DNA of 39,131 bases from positions 1-39,131 of the IMG/VR virus record IMGVR_UViG_3300007973_000005. One strand, written 5' to 3'. The notes under the pieces are model-generated. The model did no database searches. It saw nothing but the letters and a program-made list of their open reading frames with translations, and was not told the DNA's origin. The DNA is from a virus. Taxonomy: Duplodnaviria; Caudoviricetes. The number at the start of each line of letters is the position of its first letter. Position 1 is the first letter of the stretch. This document shows, in pieces, positions 9,449-19,029 of the stretch. Both the position numbers and the translations under genes were made by a program.

Positions 9449-9840
9449 GAGTGATTCCAACGGCGGAACAGTTTTTGACGGCACCAGAACTTGCCCAGGC
9501 AAAAAGGGATGTTCCTGTTCCGGAACTTGGTGTGGGCATGGTCATCCCAGTTTGGGGCATGACTCCCCGTGAGCGATCGGCGTGGGAGGACAAGCAGACG
9601 CAGTTGTCTGAGTCCAAGCGGGCAAAGCACAAGCTACAGGTCCGTGAGCGAATCCTTGTCGAATGCTGCCGAAACGATGACGGCGTTCAGTTGTTCACGG
9701 CAGATCAGATTGAGCAACTTGGGAGACGTCGCGGCGATGTAATCGAGCGGCTTGTTAACGTTGCCTTGGATCTGTCTGGGTTTTCGGAACAGGATATCGA
9801 GAAGATCGCAAAAAACTCAGACGCAGCCCTCGAAGACTGA
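9445..9840 (+). CDS. tail assembly chaperone (gpG-like)
   Basis: VPVPELG, LFTADQIEQL, ends AKNS; lies before the tape measure gene and carries a slippery site. Confidence 0.8.
   Translation: MRVIPTAEQFLTAPELAQAKRDVPVPELGVGMVIPVWGMTPRERSAWEDKQTQLSESKRAKHKLQVRERILVECCRNDDGVQLFTADQIEQLGRRRGDVIERLVNVALDLSGFSEQDIEKIAKNSDAALED
9810..9816 (+). promoter_or_regulatory. -1 programmed ribosomal frameshift heptamer A AAA AAC
   Basis: X XXY YYZ in the chaperone frame; the -1 frame is open from here to 10157 (LRRSPRRLTALRLAEH...DEMLSKMSHQQFDEW). Confidence 0.85.
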
Positions 9841-10157
9841 CAGCACTTCGACTGGCTGAACACGTCGCGAGAACGACTGATGTTGATGAGATGCTGTCAA
9901 AGATGTCGCACCAGCAATTCGATGAGTGGTGTGCGAAGGACATGATTGAGCCGATCGGAACGAGCGAGCCAGTGTGCAGGATTTTGACTAAGATCGGCAG
10001 AATGATTGCGGCGTTTATGGGGCAGGAAATGAAGGACCGTGATTTCATGCCGTGGATTGCAAAACATAAAAAGCGATCGAAGCCAAAAGCCCTTTCGCCT
10101 AAGCAAAGCGCCATTGCGATCAGCACACACCTGCGAATGCTTGTAGGGGGTGGCTAA
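9810..10157 (+). CDS. tail assembly chaperone frameshifted C-terminal part (gpT-like)
   Basis: The -1 frame continues into ORF 9891-10157; abuts the tape measure start. Confidence 0.75.
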   Translation, partial: KKLRRSPRRLTALRLAEHVARTTDVDEMLSKMSHQQFDEWCAKDMIEPIGTSEPVCRILTKIGRMIAAFMGQEMKDRDFMPWIAKHKKRSKPKALSPKQSAIAISTHLRMLVGGG

Positions 10158-11914
10158 TGGCGGTCATCGCTGGCGATTTGGTAACACGCCTTGGCGTCGA
10201 TGGTCGCAAGTTTCAAAGCGGGCTATCAAAGGCACGCGGGGAAACTCGCAGCTTTGCATCTGATGTTACGCGGATCGTCTCGGGCATTGCCATTGCAGAC
10301 ATTGGGAAGCGTGCGGTTGGCGGAATTGTCGACATGGCTGCCAGTGTCGTAAAGCTTGCCGCGGACGCTCAGACTGCACAGATCACGTTCGAGGTTTTGA
10401 CAGGAGATGCAGCACGAGGGGCGAAGCTGTTCAAGGACATTGAGAAGTTTGCAGCACGGACATCATTTGACCTGACATCCGCAGCAGACGCAACAAAAAG
10501 CCTACTGGCTGCAGGCGTGGGTGAGTCTGACGTTCTCAACACGATGCAGTTGCTTGGTGACTTGGCGATGGGGGACGCAAATAAGCTCGGCTTTCTGTCC
10601 AAGGCTTACACTGATGTCATGAACAAGGGCAAACTGCAGGGGCAGGAGATTCGCCAGTTCGCAGAAAACGGCGTCGGGCTAGTCGGTGCGTTGGCTTCGT
10701 CGATGAATAAGACAAATGCGGAAATCCTAAAAATGTCTGAAGCGGGGCAGATTTCATTCGCTGACATGAAGAAGGCTCTGGAGTCCCTGACTGGGCCTGG
10801 CGGGCGATTCTTCGGCATGATGGCAAGGATCAACGAAACGTTTACGGGCCAATGGAATTCACTCGTTGAAAACATCCAGACGTTTGGCCGCGATCTTGGG
10901 GCTTTGGTGCTGCCGAAGCTGACGGCTATTGTGGCTGAAACCAACAAGCTGCTGACCGCGTTTAATTCACTTGGCGATGCGAGATGGAAGTTTGCAGGCG
11001 AGCTAATCGTCGCATCGTTTGATGTTGCGATGGAAACAATAAAACTGCATTGGGCAGAAATGCTCAACAACATGCTCGACCAAGTTTCAAAGATCAACTG
11101 GTCGAAGCTTCTCAATCCATTTGCCAGCGTAAAAATTAGCGACTTGAGGCCAAGCACAAAGCCTGAAAACCTACAGGAAGCTCAGGGTCGACTTGATGGG
11201 TTAATGGGCAAACTGCGCGGAGCCGGTGCGGCGAATGAAGGAGCTGGACCGGGGGGGAAAATGACGGCAAGCGAGGCATTGGACCTAGCGGATAAGCGAT
11301 GGGAAGCTGCGCTGGCAAAAACTAGGGCGCTAACAGAACAGGCTTCATCATTGCACGATCGGCTCGTGCCGGGTTCTCCTGAATTTCGAGGCATAGCAGA
11401 TCAAATTGACAGCTTAAAGCCACAGTTAAATGCGGCATACGCTGCCATTGATGCAGCAAAAGCAGACTACGCCAAAGCTGAGGCCGCTTTGAGCACAGAA
11501 AACGCTGCTAAAGCAAAAGGCGAATCGCAGGTAGCATTTACATCCGGCATTTCCTCAATGTTCGAAAAGCTCAAGCAATCTCCGCTGATGGGAACAATCG
11601 AATCCCTCAAGATGGGAGCAGGCGGGATGATCGACCGCGCAAAGATTCAGGGCGGTGCGATGTCCGGCATGTTGTCAAACTGGCTTGGAACAGACAGAGA
11701 GGAAAAGACAAAGGCGGAGCGATCGGGGCCGTCATTTGCCAACGCAATGCAAAAAGGCTCACAAGAAGCGTTCAGCACAATTTTGAACGATGTTCTTGGG
11801 GTAAGGCAAGACCCATTGCTCAAAGCGACTAAAGAGCAGACCAAGCAAATCGTTGCTGCACTGACAAAACAAAAGCCCTCTGTACAGCCAAAATTTGCTC
11901 CGGAGTTTGCGTAA
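10157..11914 (+). CDS. tape measure protein
   Basis: GDLVTRLGVD N-terminus; tape-measure domain (FEVLTG..A, TSFDL, KGKLQGQEIRQFAENG, GGRFFGMM); Ala-rich helical. Confidence 0.9.
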   Translation: MAVIAGDLVTRLGVDGRKFQSGLSKARGETRSFASDVTRIVSGIAIADIGKRAVGGIVDMAASVVKLAADAQTAQITFEVLTGDAARGAKLFKDIEKFAARTSFDLTSAADATKSLLAAGVGESDVLNTMQLLGDLAMGDANKLGFLSKAYTDVMNKGKLQGQEIRQFAENGVGLVGALASSMNKTNAEILKMSEAGQISFADMKKALESLTGPGGRFFGMMARINETFTGQWNSLVENIQTFGRDLGALVLPKLTAIVAETNKLLTAFNSLGDARWKFAGELIVASFDVAMETIKLHWAEMLNNMLDQVSKINWSKLLNPFASVKISDLRPSTKPENLQEAQGRLDGLMGKLRGAGAANEGAGPGGKMTASEALDLADKRWEAALAKTRALTEQASSLHDRLVPGSPEFRGIADQIDSLKPQLNAAYAAIDAAKADYAKAEAALSTENAAKAKGESQVAFTSGISSMFEKLKQSPLMGTIESLKMGAGGMIDRAKIQGGAMSGMLSNWLGTDREEKTKAERSGPSFANAMQKGSQEAFSTILNDVLGVRQDPLLKATKEQTKQIVAALTKQKPSVQPKFAPEFA

Positions 11915-12747
11915 TGACTATTACAAGGCGAGGACTTATTGAAACCTCTGGAGATAACTCCAGAGGAACGATCACGATCAATGAAACCTATGGATTTACG
12001 GTAAGCACGAAAGCAGAGGCTACGGTTTATCAGGTTGGGTCGCAATCGCCCTACGTAATCGGGCAAATCCATCCAGAGGATCCACGCTGTTACTGCTCAA
12101 GTGTGCGGCCAGTGATGCGAAAACTGTTTGCGGACTGGGCTGTAGAGATCACCTTCACGTCTGAACGCGAAATGAGCGAGAATCCGCTATTTGAAAAAGC
12201 CGAAATCGAATGGGACGGCGAAAACTATGAGGAGAAATTAATTGTCGATAAGGACGGCGAGGCTGTCTTGAATTCGGCTGGGGATCCATTTGTTGATGCA
12301 ATGAGAGAGCGTAATCGCAGAGTTGTTACTGTCTTACAAAACGTCGCCAATGTTCCAACGTGGATTCTCAACGCAGAAGACGCGGTCAACAGTGTGGATT
12401 TCACGCTTGACGGCTTTTTGATACCGGCGGGCAAAGGGAAGCTATCAGCGCCAAAGCTGGGAAAGTGGCAGACGCGAAACAATAATCGTTTTCGTGAAAT
12501 GCGGCTCGAAATCAAGCTCAGCAAAGACAATTGGAAATACAAGCCTCTTGATGCTGGCTTTCGATTTCGCAATGGAGCCAGCGAATTGGTTCGCTTGACC
12601 TCAGACGATGGCACGGACATTACGGAACCTGCCTGCCTGAACGGAACGGGGCAGGTTCTGACAAACCCGACGCCAGCGACGGCTGTGTTTTTGGCCTTTG
12701 ATAACTATCCAGAATTTGACTTCGCCGCATTGGAGATCAGACAGTAA
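11914..12747 (+). CDS. putative minor tail / distal tail protein
   Basis: Translationally coupled to the tape measure gene; NSAGDPF and LDAGF motifs. Confidence 0.55.
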   Translation: MTITRRGLIETSGDNSRGTITINETYGFTVSTKAEATVYQVGSQSPYVIGQIHPEDPRCYCSSVRPVMRKLFADWAVEITFTSEREMSENPLFEKAEIEWDGENYEEKLIVDKDGEAVLNSAGDPFVDAMRERNRRVVTVLQNVANVPTWILNAEDAVNSVDFTLDGFLIPAGKGKLSAPKLGKWQTRNNNRFREMRLEIKLSKDNWKYKPLDAGFRFRNGASELVRLTSDDGTDITEPACLNGTGQVLTNPTPATAVFLAFDNYPEFDFAALEIRQ

Positions 12748-13118
12748 TGGCCAACGAAATTACCATTCAGCTAGACTTCAAACGGCAGCACGCAACAGTT
12801 ACCTCTGATAATCACTTTTATCCGTCGCGACAAAAGCGAATCACCCAAGCTGGCGTGGGGCAGAGCGACACAAAGCCGACAATCGGGACCACAGAGGAGT
12901 CCATTTCATTTACCGACATCGCTACTAATGGATTCGTGTTTTTTGAAAATCTCGATCCCACAAATTATGTAGAATGGGGCACAGTTACGGGGGATTACAC
13001 TGGCAGAATGTTGGCCGGAGAAACCGCTGGACCGTTTCGGCTTAACACTGGAAAAACCGTGTATATGAAAGCCAACACTGCATCTTGCCGCGTCCGGATT
13101 ATCCATTACGAGGCGTGA
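12747..13118 (+). CDS. hypothetical virion protein
   Basis: Coupled ORF, beta-rich (FENLDPTNYVEWG). Confidence 0.6.
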   Translation: MANEITIQLDFKRQHATVTSDNHFYPSRQKRITQAGVGQSDTKPTIGTTEESISFTDIATNGFVFFENLDPTNYVEWGTVTGDYTGRMLAGETAGPFRLNTGKTVYMKANTASCRVRIIHYEA

Positions 13119-13121
13119 GAC

Positions 13122-13502
13122 ATGGCAGACGGGTACATGCTGACAGATGGCCAGATGCGAGATATTCGCTGGGCTATTAGGTATTTGAAGCGAATGATTT
13201 CTGGCGGTTTCTTTGAAAGGCCGCGTCAGCAAGTTCAGCGGACTAGGCAGGTGGTGTTGTCGCAAGATCTAGCCGCAGCAGTAAACACGAAGCGAGATCC
13301 AAGCACAGCCGTAGCGCGTGTTTTGCAAAGAAAAAGAGACGGCGATCTGATACTGCTCGCAGAAACGATTACCATTGTAAATCGCTTCACGCAAATTAGT
13401 GTCGATGCGGGAACGTACGCGAAAGCTGAATGGATTGACGGCGAATGGCAGTTATACGCTGCTGATTGTCCGGGTGGCTCAGCATCATCGGGAAGCGTGT
13501 GA
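13122..13502 (+). CDS. hypothetical tail-region protein
   Basis: Coupled ORF ending WQLYAADC. Confidence 0.6.
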   Translation: MADGYMLTDGQMRDIRWAIRYLKRMISGGFFERPRQQVQRTRQVVLSQDLAAAVNTKRDPSTAVARVLQRKRDGDLILLAETITIVNRFTQISVDAGTYAKAEWIDGEWQLYAADCPGGSASSGSV

Positions 13503-14170
13503 TGCTGCTGGGATGCTGTCATTGTGGAGAAACGCCGAGCGAATCAACGCCACCAAGCGAATCAACTCCACCAAGTGTGAGTGAATCGGTTCCGCCGAGC
13601 GAATCTGATAGCGGACCTAGCTATTCTGAAATTTCCAGCAGTTGCATTTCCTCGTTTGGCTGTGTTGCCATACCACGACGGCTGACGTGGAATGTCTCTG
13701 TTTCGGGCGGAACGTGGGATGGAAAACCGGACTGCTTGTGTTCAGCGTATGACGGCACGTACACATTGAAATTCTGCGATTGCCGATTTGAAACTTTGAC
13801 TGGTTATCGTTTGTTTTACGCGACAGACGAACTTGGAACATGGAGAGGGCGACCTGGTTTCCCCAATACTGACTTGGTTGGATGCCGTACAAAAACGGCA
13901 GGAACGTGCGTTCCATTGGAGGGCAGTGTAACCACAACCAGAAAGTACTATGCCATCGTCACGCCTGGAAACATTCGCGTGATCACGACGACGTATTACA
14001 CATCAACTGACACGTTTCCGTTCACTGGAGTAAATGCAACGCGACAGTGGGAATATACCGGGTCAGTAAACTGCTTAGCGTCGAGTTCGTACAGCTTGAC
14101 GAAGCTTGCATTAATATCAAACTTAGATGGGTGTGGTTGGGCAACGACCGGAACACTCACGCCGGGATAA
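13502..14170 (+). CDS. Cys-rich putative tail-tip/receptor-binding protein with a Pro/Ser/Thr/Glu linker
   Basis: Starts MLLGCCHCG at ATG 13502 (TGATG overlap); many Cys; PSEST repeats. Confidence 0.55.
   Translation: MLLGCCHCGETPSESTPPSESTPPSVSESVPPSESDSGPSYSEISSSCISSFGCVAIPRRLTWNVSVSGGTWDGKPDCLCSAYDGTYTLKFCDCRFETLTGYRLFYATDELGTWRGRPGFPNTDLVGCRTKTAGTCVPLEGSVTTTRKYYAIVTPGNIRVITTTYYTSTDTFPFTGVNATRQWEYTGSVNCLASSSYSLTKLALISNLDGCGWATTGTLTPG
13535..13606 (+). repeat. imperfect 18-nt coding tandem repeat (PSESTP)
   Basis: ccgagcgaatcaacgcca ccaagcgaatcaactcca ... ccgagcgaatct. Confidence 0.8.
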
Positions 14171-14173
14171 TAT

Positions 14174-15241
14174 ATGGAAGCTTGCAAATATCGCTCGCCG
14201 GGTATTTCCGGGTTCAACTGTTCGAATCACGAAGACCTTGTCATTGTCGATGAGGTTAGCGAACAGTTCTGTGATTCCTGCAGATACGCAACGCCACCAG
14301 CAGTTGGTTTCTTCGCACAAACAGAACAACTTCTGATTCAGAAAGCCCGACGCGGAGAAATCACGGTAGCGGCGAAGCCATGCGGTGGTTGCGGCGAAAC
14401 GAAACACCGATTGCCAGAGCCAGAAGTTACTCAATTTGTGTGGCCTTATTGGGACGGTGGGGCACAAGCTGACGAGCTTCGCTGGTCAATCCGATCGGTC
14501 GAGACGTTCTTTCAAGGCAAAGCGAAGATTACAATCATCGGTGACAAGCCAGATTGGTATCACGGGCACGTCATCATAAAAAAGAGAGTTTCCGCAACAA
14601 GGCCTAACCGAGCTTTTCGCGACATGCTTGGGAAGGTGTTCTACATCGCGACACATGCCGAAATTGATTCCGAGTGCGTCTGGATGATGGACGACATTTA
14701 CTTCCTGAAACCATTTACACTGAACGATATCAAGACACCTCGTGCAGAACCGTGGAGACCGGACGCCAGCAACAGTTGGCAGAAAAGAAAGACTCTGTCG
14801 ATGGAGACTCTGGCGGCTCGTGGATTAACTCAACACGACTACGCAACGCACCTACCGCACTGGCTGGAAAAAGACAAACTGCGGGCGATGTTCGACGACT
14901 TTAATCTGCACGAGCATACCATGTTGTGGGAAGTGCTTTACGGCAATGTTTACCGAGGCACTCCACACCGCACGCGGCCATTCTTCGCACGGTTTCAGCA
15001 TCAGGCGGACAAAGAAACATTTAAGCGACTAACCGCAAACGCGACCGTGATCAACAACACTGAGTCTGCGTGGTGCGATGGCCTACACGATTTTCTCGCC
15101 GAACTGCTCCCGACTCCTTCAAGCGTTGAGGCTGAGCATGAGGCTTCAAAGCCGGTTTACATCATCACGAAGAAGGGGCCGAGAACCGTAAAGCGGCGAC
15201 CACTGGAAACGCACAGAGACTACATCGAGAAGCAACAATGA
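14174..15241 (+). CDS. Cys-rich N-terminus fused to a Stealth/glycosyltransferase-like domain
   Basis: ELRWSIRSV, IIGDKPDW, WMMDDIYFLKP and YATHLP resemble Stealth CR2-like sugar-phosphotransferase motifs. Confidence 0.6.
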   Translation: MEACKYRSPGISGFNCSNHEDLVIVDEVSEQFCDSCRYATPPAVGFFAQTEQLLIQKARRGEITVAAKPCGGCGETKHRLPEPEVTQFVWPYWDGGAQADELRWSIRSVETFFQGKAKITIIGDKPDWYHGHVIIKKRVSATRPNRAFRDMLGKVFYIATHAEIDSECVWMMDDIYFLKPFTLNDIKTPRAEPWRPDASNSWQKRKTLSMETLAARGLTQHDYATHLPHWLEKDKLRAMFDDFNLHEHTMLWEVLYGNVYRGTPHRTRPFFARFQHQADKETFKRLTANATVINNTESAWCDGLHDFLAELLPTPSSVEAEHEASKPVYIITKKGPRTVKRRPLETHRDYIEKQQ

Positions 15242-16644
15242 TTCCTCACATTATGATCATCCAGTCCGCCTACACTGACCGCAGGCTATCAGAGCGACGG
15301 CTGGAAATATCGCGGCACACTGCAATTCCATCGCTGGCATACCAGACCGTCAAGCCTGTTATTCATATCGCGGTTAATCCTGATGATCCGTTTTTGGCTG
15401 AGCGACTTGAGGCATTCCGGTCAACCGGCTGCGATGTCAAGCCTCTTTACCGACCCAACTGGAAGCTCTACCGCGAGAACTGGGAGCTTCCAGAGGGACG
15501 AAAGATCGTCAGCCGCATGGACGATGATGACGTGATCTGTAAAGAGTATTGCGAACTGACAAGGGCACAGGCCCCAGAGTCTGGCGAGTGGAATCTCATT
15601 TGGCCGAATGGATACGTATTTTGGCGTGAGACCTGCTATCTGTTGCATCATCCCGGCATTCAATTTGTCACGCTGGTGACAGATCACGACAAAGATCCGC
15701 ATCAAGAGCAGCACTGGGGATACCATAAGCGATGGCAAACAAAGGTCGTTTCCGATGCGGTCGGCTGGATCTGGGTTCGTCATGGTGACGCGGCATCGTC
15801 AACGCTGCCGAGATATCGCAAAGTCAAAAGAAGCGGCATTGACGCAAAGCGAATTCCGATTAACCTCAGAGCGATACTGCGAGCTATTGCGGACTCAGGA
15901 ACAGCCAGCGGAAACTATACGGAACATCGCAATCCAGCACTGTTGGCCCATGTGCTACAGCAAAACAAACGGCACGAACCGGCAACACCAGCGGGGCCGC
16001 GTTTTCTGGTCGTAGTCCCAACGCATCGGCTTGCGGTGGCTCAGGCGACAATCGACGAACTGCAAATGTCCTTCACCTACCCGACAGAGTTTCACGTTCT
16101 GGACGGCACGCCTTCAAAGTGTCACGCTCTCAACAAGGCTTTGGTGGAGTTGGTCGATCCGGCAAAGCATGACATTTATGTGACGATCGACGATGACATT
16201 CTGCCAGGGGAAAACTGGCAGCACTTCATTGCGTGTGCCTTCCACCGCATTCCGAAGCTGGGAGCATGCGGAGTCGATTACAGCGGAACCGAGGAAGGGC
16301 GGGCGTTAATGGCCAACGCAATGAACTCGCCAGTGCAGCAGGTGCGAGACATCCAGTTCCGAGATGCTACAGGCTTTATGAATCTCGCTGGCGGATGCTT
16401 CGCGATCAGATCGGCACTAGCCAAAGAGACTGGCCCCTACCCATTTGCGGACGATGGCAGGCAATACCACGCGGACGAAGACGGATGGAGATCGCATCAG
16501 GTCACGCGGCGCGGCTGGAAAGTCGGTTACGTCACAAATCCGAATGAGCCAGTCAGGATGATTACGCACGTCAACACAGAGCAGTATGTTGAGACGAAAG
16601 CCAAAGACGTAGAGGCGTGGCAAGCAAGGCCGGTCTGGCCATGA
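15238..16644 (+). CDS. two-domain glycosyltransferase (GT-A folds)
   Basis: PSLAYQT...SRMDDDD (putative rhamnosyltransferase-like) and a second domain VVVPTHR...TIDDDI...AGGCFAI...DEDGW (GT2-like). Confidence 0.7.
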   Translation: MIPHIMIIQSAYTDRRLSERRLEISRHTAIPSLAYQTVKPVIHIAVNPDDPFLAERLEAFRSTGCDVKPLYRPNWKLYRENWELPEGRKIVSRMDDDDVICKEYCELTRAQAPESGEWNLIWPNGYVFWRETCYLLHHPGIQFVTLVTDHDKDPHQEQHWGYHKRWQTKVVSDAVGWIWVRHGDAASSTLPRYRKVKRSGIDAKRIPINLRAILRAIADSGTASGNYTEHRNPALLAHVLQQNKRHEPATPAGPRFLVVVPTHRLAVAQATIDELQMSFTYPTEFHVLDGTPSKCHALNKALVELVDPAKHDIYVTIDDDILPGENWQHFIACAFHRIPKLGACGVDYSGTEEGRALMANAMNSPVQQVRDIQFRDATGFMNLAGGCFAIRSALAKETGPYPFADDGRQYHADEDGWRSHQVTRRGWKVGYVTNPNEPVRMITHVNTEQYVETKAKDVEAWQARPVWP

Positions 16645-16685
16645 AAACACTAATCCCCTGAAGCGGATAAAAAGCGGCGGGGATG

Positions 16686-16731
16686 CACAGCATTGGGAGA
16701 GGACTGCGAGCTACCTGCAGTCCTCGCTGTG
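16686..16731. terminator. stem-loop between convergent genes
   Basis: GAGGACTGC/GCAGTCCTC stem extended by CACAGC/GCTGTG. Confidence 0.5.
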
Positions 16732-16739
16732 TTAAATAA

Positions 16740-16928
16740 TCAGCAACTACCGCCGCACATTGGACATTTCCATCCGCCAAATTTGACGGACGATAAAATC
16801 CAAATCGGAATCCACATTCCCAATGTAAAAAATGAAATGCACAAGTGCAGTGCATGGTTAGTGCTTGGCCGGACTGCCATAACATTGTTTTTGCATTTGG
16901 GACAATGCTTTGCAGTGACATCGGACAT
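16740..16928 (-). CDS. LITAF-like zinc-ribbon membrane protein (62 aa)
   Basis: CPKC...NHALHLCISFFTLGMWIPIWI...WKCPMCG: two CxxC pairs flank a hydrophobic hairpin. Confidence 0.7.
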   Translation of the reverse strand: MSDVTAKHCPKCKNNVMAVRPSTNHALHLCISFFTLGMWIPIWILSSVKFGGWKCPMCGGSC

Positions 16929-17023
16929 CACGCACACCCTCTGGCAAACCACATCAGCAGCAGAATCGGGCCTGCGACAATGCAGGCTTTCAGATCACGG
17001 GCGATTCGGCGGGACGGGTTCAT
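16928..17023 (-). CDS. small hydrophobic peptide (31 aa, MNPSRRIARDLKACIVAGPILLLMWFARGCA)
   Basis: ATG lies 7 nt after a predicted -10; its TGA overlaps the ATG of the LITAF-like gene. Confidence 0.45.
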   Translation of the reverse strand: MNPSRRIARDLKACIVAGPILLLMWFARGCA

Positions 17024-17030
17024 GGGGGAC

Positions 17031-17059
17031 AGGATGCACGGGAGGGCGGGGAATGTCAA
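17031..17059 (-). promoter_or_regulatory. sigma70-like promoter (leftward, leaderless transcript)
   Basis: TTGACA-N17-CATCCT on the minus strand. Confidence 0.55.
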
Positions 17060-17153
17060 ATGACTAGCCAGCCGCGAGCCGTTCGGCGGTCATGCTGATT
17101 AGAAGACCCAATAAAAACACGGGCAAAAAAAATCTTTTCCGCAATCCTGCAAA

Positions 17154-17197
17154 ATGATATCACCATCCATTGACGCCCCTGTCGATAGTGATATCAT
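17154..17197 (+). promoter_or_regulatory. rightward promoter with a flanking inverted-repeat operator
   Basis: TTGACG(17170-75)-N16-TATCAT(17192-97) with extended TG; ATGATATCACCATC/GATAGTGATATCAT is a 13/14 inverted repeat. Confidence 0.65.
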
Positions 17198-17237
17198 GCC
17201 CACACCGAGACGCAAAACACTGGCAAGGAAAAGAACG

Positions 17238-17393
17238 ATGACACGAGGATCGCGAGTATCAGTAAACGGAGATGTCGGGACGTTCATCGAATTCGACAGA
17301 AAAAACGGTGATCGCGTCGCGATTGTGATTCTGGACGAAATGCCAGGACGCGAGCAAGTGTTTGAGGTGCGTGAAGTAAAGGCAATCAAGTGA
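17238..17393 (+). CDS. small hypothetical protein (51 aa, beta-rich)
   Basis: RBS AAGGA before ATG 17238; first gene after the promoter. Confidence 0.6.
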   Translation: MTRGSRVSVNGDVGTFIEFDRKNGDRVAIVILDEMPGREQVFEVREVKAIK

Positions 17394-17548
17394 GAAAACA
17401 AAAACCCAAAGGCAATCCTCAACTGCTGCTGCGTGTTCCGCCGGAACTGCAAAAGCCGTTGGCGGATGAATCAGCGAAGACCGGCGAAAGTCGGCAGGGC
17501 GTGTTGTGGCGGATCGCGGCAAAGTATTTTAAGGGTCGGAAAGCGTGA
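17390..17548 (+). CDS. Arc-like ribbon-helix-helix repressor (52 aa)
   Basis: Absent from the ORF track; MRKQKPKGNPQLLLRVPPELQKPLADESAKTGESRQGVLWRIAAKYF fits the Arc/Mnt pattern; coupled on both sides (GTGA). Confidence 0.7.
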   Translation: MRKQKPKGNPQLLLRVPPELQKPLADESAKTGESRQGVLWRIAAKYFKGRKA

Positions 17549-19029
17549 GAATCGATTTTGATACACGTTCAGCAGAAGACTACGCACGGTTTTTGGCCGT
17601 ACGCAAATGCCCGATCTATCAGTTTAAGGGATCGGCAGCAATTGTTCCGGACGAATACGCCTCACTTGTGGGCGTCAAAGCAAAGCGGAAGACCGGCAAG
17701 AAATACACTCCAGCCGTTAACCTGTTTGACTATCAGGCAGACATTGTTCGCATTGCGGTCGAGCGTCGCAAGTATGCGATTTTTGCTGACTGCGGACTTG
17801 GCAAAACCTTGATGCTGCTTGAATTTGCTCGCCATTGTGCTGAGCAAACAAAAGGGAAAGTTCTGATCGTTTCCCCGTTGATGGTATGTCGTCAAACGGT
17901 CGACGAAGCTATCCGGTGGTACGGCGAATCATTCCCGATCGGTCGCGTGAAAGCCTTCGATTTGCAGTATTGGCTGAACTCGACAAGCTCGCTGGATTCA
18001 CAAATCGGAATCACGAACTACGAAGCGATCCGCGAAGGGCTGGAACCCGGAAGACTGTCAGGATTGATTCTCGATGAATCATCCATGCTGAAAAGCCATT
18101 ACGGTGCATGGGGTACGCGGCTGATTGAATTGGGCCGAGGACTGGATTGGAAATTGTGCGCGACTGGAACTCCAGCCCCGAACGATCGAATTGAGTTTGC
18201 GAATCATGCTGTGTTTCTGGACCGTGCAAAAACCGTCAATGAGTTTCTCGCCACTTACTTCATTAATCGCGGCGAAACGCAAAACAGATGGGAACTTAAA
18301 CCGCACGCCCTGAAGCCGTTCTATCGGTCGCTGGCTGATTGGTCGATCTTCCTGACGAATCCAGCCACCTACGGATGGAAAGATAACGTCGGCGTGACTC
18401 CTCCGATCAACATCCACATCGACCACATCGATTTAACCGACGAACAACGCAAGGCTGCTCAATCGGTCACTGGCTCTCTGATCACAAACAACATCGGCGG
18501 CATTGGCGATCGTGGCAAGCTGTCACAGATCGCAAAAGGTAAGGGCGGAATAGCATCACTCAAGCCCGCATTTATTCGATCACAAGTCGAGAGTTGGCCA
18601 GATGAATCGACAATCATTTGGTGTCACTACAACGACGAGCAAGAGCAGATGGAAAAACTGTTTCCTGAAGCCGTTAGCGTTTCCGGTGACACGAAAGAAG
18701 CAGACCGGGAAGCGGCTGTCGATGCGTTTAAGTCAGGCCGAGTCAAAGTGCTGATAACGAAGCCAAAGATTCTCGGGTTCGGTTTGAATCTACAGGTCTG
18801 CACACGGCAGATCTTCAGCGGCATAAAGGATTCCTATGAGGAGTTCTATCAGGCCGTGAAACGTTCGAATCGTATCGGATCGACGAAGCCTCTCAATGTC
18901 CATATTCCAGTGACGGAGCTGGAAGTTCCATTTGTTGACAACGTGCTACGCAAAGCCGGTCGAGTTCAACAGGACACGGAAGAGCAGGAAGCACTTTTCA
19001 AGGAGATTGGCCATGCATGTTTTCGATGA
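17545..19029 (+). CDS. SNF2-like superfamily 2 helicase
   Basis: ADCGLGKT, LDESS, ATGTPAPND, GFGLNLQ, QAVKRSNRIG. Confidence 0.88.
   Translation: MRIDFDTRSAEDYARFLAVRKCPIYQFKGSAAIVPDEYASLVGVKAKRKTGKKYTPAVNLFDYQADIVRIAVERRKYAIFADCGLGKTLMLLEFARHCAEQTKGKVLIVSPLMVCRQTVDEAIRWYGESFPIGRVKAFDLQYWLNSTSSLDSQIGITNYEAIREGLEPGRLSGLILDESSMLKSHYGAWGTRLIELGRGLDWKLCATGTPAPNDRIEFANHAVFLDRAKTVNEFLATYFINRGETQNRWELKPHALKPFYRSLADWSIFLTNPATYGWKDNVGVTPPINIHIDHIDLTDEQRKAAQSVTGSLITNNIGGIGDRGKLSQIAKGKGGIASLKPAFIRSQVESWPDESTIIWCHYNDEQEQMEKLFPEAVSVSGDTKEADREAAVDAFKSGRVKVLITKPKILGFGLNLQVCTRQIFSGIKDSYEEFYQAVKRSNRIGSTKPLNVHIPVTELEVPFVDNVLRKAGRVQQDTEEQEALFKEIGHACFR

Noticed and set aside
16693-17067. 124-aa + strand ORF
   Set aside because: It is the antisense shadow of the LITAF-like gene and peptide, which have clearer motifs and a promoter.
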